Positions 25,727 through 37,400 of a DNA stretch of 64,000 bases are shown here, piece by piece. Each line of letters begins with the position of its first letter. Position 1 is the first letter of the stretch. A program made the translations under genes and the position numbers. Below the pieces are notes generated by a model, which did no database searches, was not told where the DNA came from, and worked only from the letters and a program-made list of their open reading frames with translations. The stretch comes from Octopus vulgaris (lineage: Eukaryota): NCBI GenBank assembly GCA_951406725.2, contig OX597833.1, positions 49,290,001 to 49,354,000 on the forward strand. Reading direction: 5' to 3'.

Positions 25727-25816
25727 GCTTAAGCCTACAAATTTATGTGAATTGATTTTGAGATAAATGAATGTATAATAGAAAGAATTTAATTGGAAAT
25801 TGTTTTTTTCTTGCAG

Positions 25817-26674
25817 GTTCTTCTTGAAAAAGTTGTTGAAAAACCTAACAGATCATCAGAACAGTTTTTTCGAGTACCGAATCGATTGCTTAATGAGTTG
25901 AAGCAACTAGGCTGGGATAAATTGGTTTATATTGGCCCAGCTTTTAAAAAACTGCATCTCAGCAAGGAAGACGAAGAAGGGCGCACTCATATATTGAAGA
26001 TACAACTTCATGCTGAACACCCTCGGGTACAACCTACCTGTGTTACTGACCTTCCAAAAATGTTTAAATACACCTGGAATCCAAATAGTAAACTGATTGA
26101 TCTTTATACCCAGTTTGAAAGAGTGATCCAATCTTATCAGATGTTCTGGGATGCCATGGAAGAAATCGACAAAAAAACATGGGTTTTGGAACCCGAGAAG
26201 CCTACATATAGCGCTACGTTTCGAAGAATAGCCTTAAGTCCAAATTCATCTCTCCAGGTAATATTTGATCCTGACGAACCCCAGAACTTCGTTCAGTGTC
26301 AGTTCATTGGTGCCGAGAGCGTGGTCGATCCGCTTAAGCAAAATCTAAACACGAATCTCCAGAAATGGGACATGAGCATAAATGTTCTTCAGAATCTTGA
26401 GAATTTACTGGAGATCGAGTTTCCTTCTCCGGCTTTCACGAAGAAGGAAGAATTCCTTGGGGAATGCGGTATTTGCTATTCTTATCGACTTGGCATGGAA
26501 CTGCCGAGCAAAGTGTGTGAAAGTGCCCAGTGTGGTCAACCTTATCACCAGTCGTGCCTCTACGAATGGTTAAAAACTCTGCCATCTAGTCGTTATAGTT
26601 ATAACATGGTGTTTGGGGAATGCCCAATATGCATGAAACCTTTAACAGTTACTGTTACTACATCTGCAGATTAA
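25817..26674 (+). CDS. FANCL: FANCL coding exon 2 (double-RWD/URD plus C4HC3 RING, 285 aa, stop TAA)
   Basis: Acceptor tttttcttgcag|GTT in phase 0 with exon 1. Diagnostic motifs LGWDKLVY, FWDAMEEIDKKTWVLEPEKP, ATFRRIAL, CGICYSY...CESAQCGQPYHQSCLYEWL...FGECPICMKP. Total 368 aa, close to the ~375 aa of vertebrate FANCL. Confidence 0.97.
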   Translation, partial: VLLEKVVEKPNRSSEQFFRVPNRLLNELKQLGWDKLVYIGPAFKKLHLSKEDEEGRTHILKIQLHAEHPRVQPTCVTDLPKMFKYTWNPNSKLIDLYTQFERVIQSYQMFWDAMEEIDKKTWVLEPEKPTYSATFRRIALSPNSSLQVIFDPDEPQNFVQCQFIGAESVVDPLKQNLNTNLQKWDMSINVLQNLENLLEIEFPSPAFTKKEEFLGECGICYSYRLGMELPSKVCESAQCGQPYHQSCLYEWLKTLPSSRYSYNMVFGECPICMKPLTVTVTTSAD

Positions 26675-26747
26675 TCTGTTTGTAATTACAGTAACATGAA
26701 TGTTTATCATTATCCCTGTGATGTTATTGCTGGAATTTATTTTCTAA

Positions 26748-26915
26748 ATAGGCACAGGAGTGGCTGTGTGGTAAGTAGCTTGCTTACCAACCACATGGTT
26801 CCGGGTTCAGTCCCACTGCATGGCACCTTGGGCAAGTGTCTCCTACTATAGCCTCGGGCCGACCAAAGCCTTGTGAGTGGATTTGGTAGACGGAAACTGA
26901 AAGAAGCACGTCGTA

Positions 26916-26956
<41 letters not shown>

Positions 26957-27165
26957 ATGTTTATGTTTTTGTGTTTGTCACCCCCAACATTGCTTGACAA
27001 CCAATGCTGGTGTGTTTACATCCCCGTAACTTAGCAGTTCGGCAAAAGAGACCGATAGAATAAGTACTAGGCTTACAAAGAGTAAGTCTTGGGGTCGATT
27101 TGCTCGACTAAAGGCGGTGCTCCAGCATGGCCACAGTCAAATGACTGAAACAAGTAAAAAGAGTT
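26748..27165 (+). mobile_element. SINE family A copy 73 nt downstream of the FANCL stop
   Basis: Full head-to-tail match to 533-965. Confidence 0.9.
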
Positions 27166-28008
27166 AAAAAAAAAAAAAGTAAATAGCTTCTCAGAATTTA
27201 TCATAAATCCTTTCAAAGACTTTAATTTAACGATTATTTATATATAATCGCATCTGTTTTCCATGGTGGCATGGGTTGGATGGTTTGACAGAACCTGGCT
27301 TGCTGTAGGGCTGTGCTGAGCTCTAGTGTCAGCTTTTGGCATAATTTCTATGGCTGGATGCTCTTCCCAATGCCAATCCCATTACAGTGTGTTCCAGGCG
27401 CTTTTTCATATGACTGGCACTCGAAAAGTCACCAAGTAACTTATAAGTCAAGTAAAGAATGGGAAAACAGGAAAAAACAGAAAAAAAAAGCCCCCTCTAT
27501 ATAGGAGTAGGCAGTATTTGAAAGGTGGGAAGGTGGCCTTATGCCAACTGTTAGGAGGTTGAAGTGTGATAGAAGTACAAGAAGGTGGTGGGCTGGCAGA
27601 AACGTTAGCACGCCGGGTGAAATGCTTAGCGCTATTTTGTCTGTCTTTATGTTCTGAGTTCAAATTCTGTCGAGGTCGACTTTGCTTGTCATCCTTTTGG
27701 GGTCGATAAATTAAGTACCAGTTACGCACTGGGGTTGCTGTAATCGACTTAATCCCTTTGTCTGTCATTGTTTTTTTCCCTCTATGTTTGGCCCCTTATG
27801 GGCAATACAGAAATAAGAGGTACAAGCGGTTGTCTTGTTATAGGAAAGAGACACATGGCTACCCCATAAAAGAAGGGGTGGGAGTAGCTAGGGAGAAGAT
27901 AGGAATGGTGGTGATACAAGATACAAGAAGCTTTGCTGCTGTTAACCAATGAACTGTGAAGTAAGTATGGAAGCTGTTGTCAGTCAGGCAGACTGGGTCA
28001 AAGAGTTG

Positions 28009-28054
<46 letters not shown>

Positions 28055-29076
28055 CTGAAGGGCATATCATAATGGTTGTGTTAGGTGGATACATGACCAA
28101 ATGGCTCAGAAGGACCTTTCACTGATTGATATATATATATATACCTCTATACCACTATTACTACAATATATCACTGTCACAATATACCACTTTTATACTA
28201 TACCACTGTGGAGGTGCATGGCCTAGTGGTTAGAGCAGTGGACTCGCGGCCGAGGGATCGCGGGTTTGAATCTCAGACCGGGTGGTGTGTGTATTTATGA
28301 GTGAAACACCTAAGCTCCACATGGCTCCGGCAGAAGGTAATGGCGAACTTCTGCTGACTCTTTCACCACAACTTTCTCTCACTCTTTCCTCCTGCATCTT
28401 GCAGCTCACCTGTGACAGACCGTCGTCCTGTCCAGGTGAGAAACCTATACACCAAGGAAACCGGGAAACCGGCCCTTATAAGCCAGGCATGGCTTGCAAA
28501 GGAACAAACAATACTATACCACTGCCATTACAATATACCACTACTTTTACACTATATTGTTAAAACAATACACCAGTTATATACCAATAACACCACTATA
28601 GCCACAACACACCATTGCTGTTCAGGAATTTGGACCTGGAGATCTCCATTTCCAGCGACTTCGAGGGCCACCTCCCAGTGGTGTTGGGCGTCAACGAAGA
28701 GCTCTTGACTACAAAAAAAACAACCAAAGTTTTTTTTTTCCCAAGGTTTGGGGTCTCCTGCCTCTAAGCCCTAGACTATCACCTAATCACCCTTACCCAT
28801 CTTGTTGCTTAACAACACACACCATTGCTGCTACATTATATCACTTTTATCACAATATCTGGCACTACCTCAGTATATTACTGTTACTACAATAATATAC
28901 CAGTGTTACTATATATCATTTTGACCACACTTCATTGAACACTACCATTATGACAATATCCCACTGTTACTAAACTATACCAGTATACCATTGTTCTTTC
29001 AATAAACCATTGCTAACTACAATATACCATGGCTGTTATGCTATACTACTGTTGTTCTTTTAGCAATTGTCTTTTT

Positions 29077-29291
29077 TTAACCCTTCAGCATTCAGATTAC
29101 TCTGTTGAAAGTAATGCTTGCTAATTTCACATTGTTTTGAGTTTATCGTACATTATCTTGCAGCTCTGTGAATGTTTATTTTTTAAATAACATTGTTGGG
29201 TAGGTGTGAGAGGTCTGATCTGGTCAGTTTGATCATAGAACAAGTAGAATATTTGGACCTGATATGGCTGGTTTGAATACTAAAGGATTAA
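29077..29291. mobile_element. TTAA-bounded MITE
   Basis: ttaacccttcagcattca ... tgaatactaaaggattaa; duplicated at 35492-35706. Confidence 0.65.
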
Positions 29292-29327
29292 GCAGTTTTT
29301 TGAGATTTCTTAAAACAAAAAGAAATT

Positions 29328-30058
29328 TATAATAGTTGTATACTGCCAACTTAACGTGACAGTAGGGGATTACACCACCGCTGTTTAGCCCTAGGAAGCA
29401 TCAAACGCTTCCTGTCGGCTTCGACACACTTACTGTGTCCTTATATATATTTAGTGGAGGCGCAATGGCCCAGTGGTTAGGGCAGCGGACTCGCAGTCGT
29501 AGGATCGCGGTTTCGATTCCCAGACCGGGCGTTGTGAGTTTATTGAGCGAAAACACCTAAAACTCCACGAGGCTCCGGCAGGGATGGTGGTGATCCCTGC
29601 TGTACTCTTTCACCACAACTTTCTCTCACTCTTACTTCCTGTTTCTGTTGTACCTGTATTTCAAAGGCTGGCCTTGTCACTCTCTGTGTCACGCTGAATA
29701 TCGCCGAGAACTACGTTAAGGGTACACGTGTCTGTGGAGTGCTCAGCCACTTACATGTTAATTTCACGAGCAGGCTGTTCCGTTGATTCGGATCAACCGG
29801 AACCCTCATCGTCGTAACCGACGGAGTGCTTCCAATACACTCATTTCATATCTTCGCCGATGAAGGTTTTTCGGACAATATATATATTTACGAAGGGGAG
29901 ACAAATACCCCCAACAGCTAGTCTCCTCTTCGTAAATATATATAAGGACACAGTAAGTGTGTCGAAGCCGACAGGAAGCGTTCAATGCTTCCTAGGGCTA
30001 AACATTGGTGGTGTAATCCCCTACTGTCACGTTAAATTGATAGTATACAACTATTATA
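29328..30058. mobile_element. fold-back element (~140-bp arms, ~20-nt loop) interrupted by a family C SINE
   Basis: Left arm tataatagttgtatac...gtgtccttatatatattta resumes as cgaaggggagac after the insert; right arm gtctcctcttcgtaaatatatataaggacac...gtatacaactattata. Duplicated at 35743-36473. Confidence 0.8.
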
Positions 30059-31019
30059 TCGCCCCACCACAGTACATATCTCTATGAGATATTTAGAAAT
30101 TTAATATTTCTGAAAAAGAAATTTCATATTCGTTTACTCCATATTGTTGTACACCTATTGCACTATTTTTTTTTCTCGTGTCAAACGCTTTAGTTTGACC
30201 AGAATAAGTACCAGTTGAGGTGATCAATTTGCTCTTTTTCCCAAACCTTTCTGGCCTCGTACCAAAATTTGAAACCAATGTTTGTACCCACTAAAGCGAC
30301 AAGCTGGGGGAAAATGCTTAGTGGCATTTTGTCTATCTTTACCTTCTGAGTTCAAATTCCTCTGAGGTCGACTTGCCATTCATCCTTTCGGGGTCGATAA
30401 AATAAGTACCAGTTGAGCACTGGTATCGATGTAATCGACTTGACTCTCCCTTAAAATTGCTGGGATCTTTTTGGTTTGAACGGCAGTTTTTTAAAAATAA
30501 TTTCCACGTAACTAAACACTTTTAAACTTTGTATACTGGTAGAACGAGGGACATATTCATACGGCACAGAATGTTTTTTTTTACCTCAATAGACGTCAGT
30601 GATAGGTTGAAATTGCAGAAATTGAAGAAAAAAAACAACAAATATCTTACAAACTATAGAATTTTCTCAATAAAGCAAAGAGAAAAAGATGTTTTCTAAA
30701 CACATTCTACCAGTATACGAAGTTTAAAATTTTTTAGTTACCTAGAAATTATGTTAAACACTGCCGTTCAAACCAAAAAGATCCCAAACTTTTTTTTATC
30801 AAAATAGCAGTAAACGATTAATCGAGCAAGACCGCGGAGTTAGTCTTTCCCCTATAAATATTAATGAGCAAATATCAAAAGGAATGTAAAATGTTCATTT
30901 GTGGAGCTGCCAGTATGGTACGTAACTCTACTTTTGCTAATTCAAGTTATTTCCCTTTATCGTAACTCTTCCTTTTTTCATTTTGTTTTTAATCTTCATT
31001 ATTATTATTATTAATGCAT

Positions 31020-31810
31020 ACGCTGACAGAATCGTACCTTGCCGGAAAAATTGCTTAGCGGCATTTCTTTCGGAGCTTTTATATTCTGAGTTCGAGGCTT
31101 TACATTCTGAGTTCAAATTCCGCCGAGGTCGACTTTGCCTTTTATCCTTTCGGGGTCGATTAAAGAAGTACCAGTTACGCACTGGGATCGATATAATCGA
31201 CTTAATCCGTTTGTCTGTCCTTGTTTGTCCCCTCTGTGTTTAGCCCCTTGTGGGTAGTAAAGAAATAGGTATTTTGTCTGCCGTTACGTACTGAGTTCAA
31301 ATTCCGCCGAGGTCGACTTTGCCTTTCATCCTTTCCGAGTCGATAAATTAAGTACCAGTTATGCACTGGGGTCGATGTAATCGACTTAATCCATTTGTCT
31401 GTTCTTGTTTGTCCCCTCTGTGTTTAGCCCCTTGTGGGTAGTAAAGAAATAGGTATTTCTTTCGGGGCTGCCGTTATGTACTGAGTTCAAATCTGAGTTC
31501 GACTTTGCCTTTCATCCTTTCCGAGTCGATAAATTAAGTACCAGTTATGCACTGGGGTCGATGTAATCGACTTAATCCATTTGTCTGTTCTTGTTTGTCC
31601 CCTCTGTGTTTAGCCCCTTGTGGGTAGTAAAGAAATAGGTATTTCTTTCGATATTCTGAGTTTGAGGCTTTACATTCTGAGTTCAAGTGTTGCCGTGGTC
31701 GAATTTGCCTTTCATCGTTTCAAGGTGGATAAAATGTGCACCATTTGAGTATTGGGGTCGATGTAATGGACTATAAAACTCTCGCTGGCCTTGTGCCAAA
31801 ATTAGAAAGC
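31020..31810 (+). mobile_element. SINE family B multimer nested in an older copy
   Basis: Units joined at aaagaaatag|gtattt; the homologous array at 37435-38045 has one unit fewer. Confidence 0.85.
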
Positions 31811-32614
31811 GTTATCACTTATTTGTAAAGAATAATGAACAGGTACAATACATTTAGATGTATTCATACGTATGGAATTAGTCTGTCTGTCTGTCTCTCT
31901 CATAAACTTTTATCATCAGCAGTTTTATGAAGGAAAAGTGAGAGCAGACGACAATGAATTAATGAATAACAATGACATTGGTCGTTTCCATGCTCGTTTC
32001 AAGTTACTGTTAAGTCACTCTTAAGCAGAACAAAATACGTTTTTAATAAATACTAGCAGTATTGCCCGGCGTTGCTCGGGTTTGTTTTCTTTTTAACCCT
32101 TTAGAATTGGAATTTTTGAAAAGTAAAAATTTTGCATTATGTAGCTTGTTATTCTCTTTAAGTGAACATTTTTTTAGTTAAAACACACCGAAAAATAGCG
32201 ATACAGCAGTCAAAAATTCGTAAAAAATGGGATTTTCATAGAAAAAAGCACCTTTTTTATGTAAATAGTTTTTGGTGTTAACATGGTCCGATTTGAATTT
32301 TTCTTCTACGGAAGGAAGAGCAAGCCTTCTTCTATCATACTCTCAATTTTGGTCAAGTTGCGCCGCAGGGTCTCGGAGGAGATAGTGTTAGTTGAAGGCT
32401 ACTAAACCTGCCATACACAGACAACTGCAGCTATATATATAGAGAGATTTTAGTGAAGAGGAAACGTAGTTTTCACAACTCTTCACAAGACCTCCGACAC
32501 TGGTAGGGAGTATGGAAAGGACGTATCTTCGAGCTGGAGACATGGGCCGTATGCTTGCGACAGAGTGGACTCTGCTAATAACACCTAAGTATAGTGTTGA
32601 GGTGGGCAGTAGAT

Positions 32615-33031
32615 TACGAGACCAAATGTCCAGGAAAACTGACAAAAAGGGTCTTGTTTCATCCGGACAATGTTCCAGCACACAAGTCCTTGGTTTCAAT
32701 GGCTGCTATGTGTGACTATGGTTTTGAACTGGTTGATCAGCATCCCTTTTTCTCCTGATTTGGCCTCCTCTGATTATCATATGTTCCCCAACATGTAAAT
32801 ACACTTGGCTGGGAACCAGTATCGCAGTGATGGTGACGTCATATCTGTTGTTGATGAGATTTTTGACCAACAGGATGAAGGCTTTTTCACTAATGGGATC
32901 CAAGCACTCTTAACATCGATGGAAGAAGTGAGTGAATCGCAAAGGAGACTATGCTGAAAAAAACCCCCTCATTTGGCCAGATTTCATGAGACTATCTTTG
33001 GCAGCTGTGAACTTTTCAGCCGACTCTCGTA
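32615..33031 (+). mobile_element. mariner 3' remnant with right TIR
   Basis: Frameshifted HPDNVPAHKSLV...PDLASSDYHMFPNM...; TIR aacttttcagccgactctcgta; same family as 1-1005; duplicated at 38852-39267. Confidence 0.8.
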
Positions 33032-33461
33032 AGTCTCCATTTTAGGTCACAGTGGGGTCAGAAATTAGGGTAATGTAAAGGACGTGAACAAATATTTCAA
33101 GACATTTTTTAAAACCAATCTCTAAAGAATGAGCAGCAAGGTTGAGCGACGCCTGATTTGAGCTGAGAGTTCCATGCACCTAGTGTCTTATACATTCGTA
33201 CTTTCTTTATATTATTATAACCTACGTTGTATTACTGGTTTCTTACATACGTTCAGTGGTTAGAGCATCGGGCTCACGATCATGCAGGTATTGAGTTCGA
33301 TTCCCGGACCGGGTTGTGTGTTGTGTTCTTGAACAAGACACTTTATTTCACGTTGCTCTAGTTCACTCAACTGTAGAAACGTGTCGCGACGTCACTGGTA
33401 CCAAGCTATATTAGCCTTTGCCTTTCCCTTGGATAACATCGGTGGCATAGAAAGAGGAGGC

Positions 33462-33561
33462 NNNNNNNNNNNNNNNNNNNNNNNNNNNNNNNNNNNNNNN
33501 NNNNNNNNNNNNNNNNNNNNNNNNNNNNNNNNNNNNNNNNNNNNNNNNNNNNNNNNNNNNN
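33462..33561. other. assembly gap (100 N)
   Basis: Run of n. Confidence 1.
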
Positions 33562-34421
33562 AAAAAAAAGTAAATAGCTTCTCAGAATTTATCATAAATC
33601 CTTTCAAAGACTTTAATTTAACGATTATTTATATATAATCGCATCTGTTTTCCATGGTGGCATGGGTTGGATGGTTTGACAGAACCTGGCTTGCTGTAGG
33701 GCTGTGCTGAGCTCTAGTGTCAGCTTTTGGCATAATTTCTATGGCTGGATACCCTTCCCAATGCCAACCACATTACAGTGTGTTCCAGGTACTTTTTCAT
33801 ATGACTGGCACTCGAAAAGTCACCAAGTAACTCACAAGTCAAGTAAAGAATGGGAAAACAGGAAAAAAACAGAACCCCCCCCTCTAAATAAGAGGGAGGA
33901 GTATTTGAAAGGTGGGGAGGTGGCTTTATGCCAGCTGTTAGGAGGTCGAAGTGTGATAGAAGTACAAGCAGTTGAAGTCTGATAGAAGTACAAGAAGGCG
34001 GTGAGCTGGCAGAAACGTTAGCACGCCGGGTGAAATGCTTAGCGCTATTTTGTCTGTCTTTATGTTCTGAGTTCAAATTCTGTCGAGGTCGACTTTGCTT
34101 GTCATCCTTTTGGGGTCGATAAATTAAGTACCAGTTACGCACTGGGGTTGCTGTAATCGACTTAATCCCTTTGTCTGTCATTGTTTTTTTCCCTCTATGT
34201 TTGGCCCCTTATGGGCAATACAGAAATAAGAGGTACAAGCGGTTGTCTTGTTATAGGAAAGAGACACATGGCTACCCCATAAAAGAAGGGGTGGGAGTAG
34301 CTAGGGAGAAGATAGGAATGGTGGTGATACAAGATACAAGAAGCTTTGCTGCTGTTAACCAATGAACTGTGAAGTAAGTATGGAAGCTGTTGTCAGTCAG
34401 GCAGACTGGGTCAAAGAGTTG

Positions 34422-34469
<48 letters not shown>

Positions 34470-37400
34470 CTGAAGGGCATATCATAATGGTTGTGTTAGG
34501 TGGATACATGACCAAATGGCTCAGAAGGACCTTTCACTGATTGATATATATATATATACCTCTATACCACTATTACTACAATATATCACTGTCACAATAT
34601 ACCACTTTTATACTATACCACTGTGGAGGTGCATGGCCTAGTGGTTAGAGCAGTGGACTCGCGGCCGAGGGATCGCGGGTTTGAATCTCAGACCGGGTGG
34701 TGTGTGTATTTATGAGTGAAACACCTAAGCTCCACATGGCTCCGGCAGAAGGTAATGGCGAACTTCTGCTGACTCTTTCACCACAACTTTCTCTCACTCT
34801 TTCCTCCTGCATCTTGCAGCTCACCTGTGACAGACCGTCGTCCTGTCCAGGTGAGAAACCTATACACCAAGGAAACCGGGAAACCGGCCCTTATAAGCCA
34901 GGCATGGCTTGCAAAGGAACAAACAATACTATACCACTGCCATTACAATATACCACTACTTTTACACTATATTGTTAAAACAATACACCAGTTATATACC
35001 AATAACACCACTATAGCCACAACACACCATTGCTGTTCAGGAATTTGGACCTGGAGATCTCCATTTCCAGCGACTTCGAGGGCCACCTCCCAGTGGTGTT
35101 GGGCGTCAACGAAGAGCTCTTGACTACAAAAAAAACAACCAAAGTTTTTTTTTTCCCAAGGTTTGGGGTCTCCTGCCTCTAAGCCCTAGACTATCACCTA
35201 ATCACCCTTACCCATCTTGTTGCTTAACAACACACACCATTGCTGCTACATTATATCACTTTTATCACAATATCTGGCACTACCTCAGTATATTACTGTT
35301 ACTACAATAATATACCAGTGTTACTATATATCATTTTGACCACACTTCATTGAACACTACCATTATGACAATATCCCACTGTTACTAAACTATACCAGTA
35401 TACCATTGTTCTTTCAATAAACCATTGCTAACTACAATATACCATGGCTGTTATGCTATACTACTGTTGTTCTTTTAGCAATTGTCTTTTTTTAACCCTT
35501 CAGCATTCAGATTACTCTGTTGAAAGTAATGCTTGCTAATTTCACATTGTTTTGAGTTTATCGTACATTATCTTGCAGCTCTGTGAATGTTTATTTTTTA
35601 AATAACATTGTTGGGTAGGTGTGAGAGGTCTGATCTGGTCAGTTTGATCATAGAACAAGTAGAATATTTGGACCTGATATGGCTGGTTTGAATACTAAAG
35701 GATTAAGCAGTTTTTTGAGATTTCTTAAAACAAAAAGAAATTTATAATAGTTGTATACTGCCAACTTAACGTGACAGTAGGGGATTACACCACCGCTGTT
35801 TAGCCCTAGGAAGCATCAAACGCTTCCTGTCGGCTTCGACACACTTACTGTGTCCTTATATATATTTAGTGGAGGCGCAATGGCCCAGTGGTTAGGGCAG
35901 CGGACTCGCAGTCGTAGGATCGCGGTTTCGATTCCCAGACCGGGCGTTGTGAGTTTATTGAGCGAAAACACCTAAAACTCCACGAGGCTCCGGCAGGGAT
36001 GGTGGTGATCCCTGCTGTACTCTTTCACCACAACTTTCTCTCACTCTTACTTCCTGTTTCTGTTGTACCTGTATTTCAAAGGCTGGCCTTGTCACTCTCT
36101 GTGTCACGCTGAATATCGCCGAGAACTACGTTAAGGGTACACGTGTCTGTGGAGTGCTCAGCCACTTACATGTTAATTTCACGAGCAGGCTGTTCCGTTG
36201 ATTCGGATCAACCGGAACCCTCATCGTCGTAACCGACGGAGTGCTTCCAATACACTCATTTCATATCTTCGCCGATGAAGGTTTTTCGGACAATATATAT
36301 ATTTACGAAGGGGAGACAAATACCCCCAACAGCTAGTCTCCTCTTCGTAAATATATATAAGGACACAGTAAGTGTGTCGAAGCCGACAGGAAGCGTTCAA
36401 TGCTTCCTAGGGCTAAACATTGGTGGTGTAATCCCCTACTGTCACGTTAAATTGATAGTATACAACTATTATATCGCCCCACCACAGTACATATCTCTAT
36501 GAGATATTTAGAAATTTAATATTTCTGAAAAAGAAATTTCATATTCGTTTACTCCATATTGTTGTACACCTATTGCACTATTTTTTTTTCTCGTGTCAAA
36601 CGCTTTAGTTTGACCAGAATAAGTACCAGTTGAGGTGATCAATTTGCTCTTTTTCCCAAACCTTTCTGGCCTCGTACCAAAATTTGAAACCAATGTTTGT
36701 ACCCACTAAAGCGACAAGCTGGGGGAAAATGCTTAGTGGCATTTTGTCTATCTTTACCTTCTGAGTTCAAATTCCTCTGAGGTCGACTTGCCATTCATCC
36801 TTTCGGGGTCGATAAAATAAGTACCAGTTGAGCACTGGTATCGATGTAATCGACTTGACTCTCCCTTAAAATTGCTGGGATCTTTTTGGTTTGAACGGCA
36901 GTTTTTTAAAAATAATTTCCACGTAACTAAACACTTTTAAACTTTGTATACTGGTAGAACGAGGGACATATTCATACGGCACAGAATGTTTTTTTTTACC
37001 TCAATAGACGTCAGTGATAGGTTGAAATTGCAGAAATTGAAGAAAAAAAACAACAAATATCTTACAAACTATAGAATTTTCTCAATAAAGCAAAGAGAAA
37101 AAGATGTTTTCTAAACACATTCTACCAGTATACGAAGTTTAAAATTTTTTAGTTACCTAGAAATTATGTTAAACACTGCCGTTCAAACCAAAAAGATCCC
37201 AAACTTTTTTTTATCAAAATAGCAGTAAACGATTAATCGAGCAAGACCGCGGAGTTAGTCTTTCCCCTATAAATATTAATGAGCAAATATCAAAAGGAAT
37301 GTAAAATGTTCATTTGTGGAGCTGCCAGTATGGTACGTAACTCTACTTTTGCTAATTCAAGTTATTTCCCTTTATCGTAACTCTTCCTTTTTTCATTTTG

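Larger units (their letters stand above)
27171..33461 (+). repeat. copy 1 of a ~6.2-kb direct duplication
   Basis: Collinear with 33562-39696; identical ORF-track entries repeat at offsets of about 6413-6415 and 6237. Confidence 0.95.
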
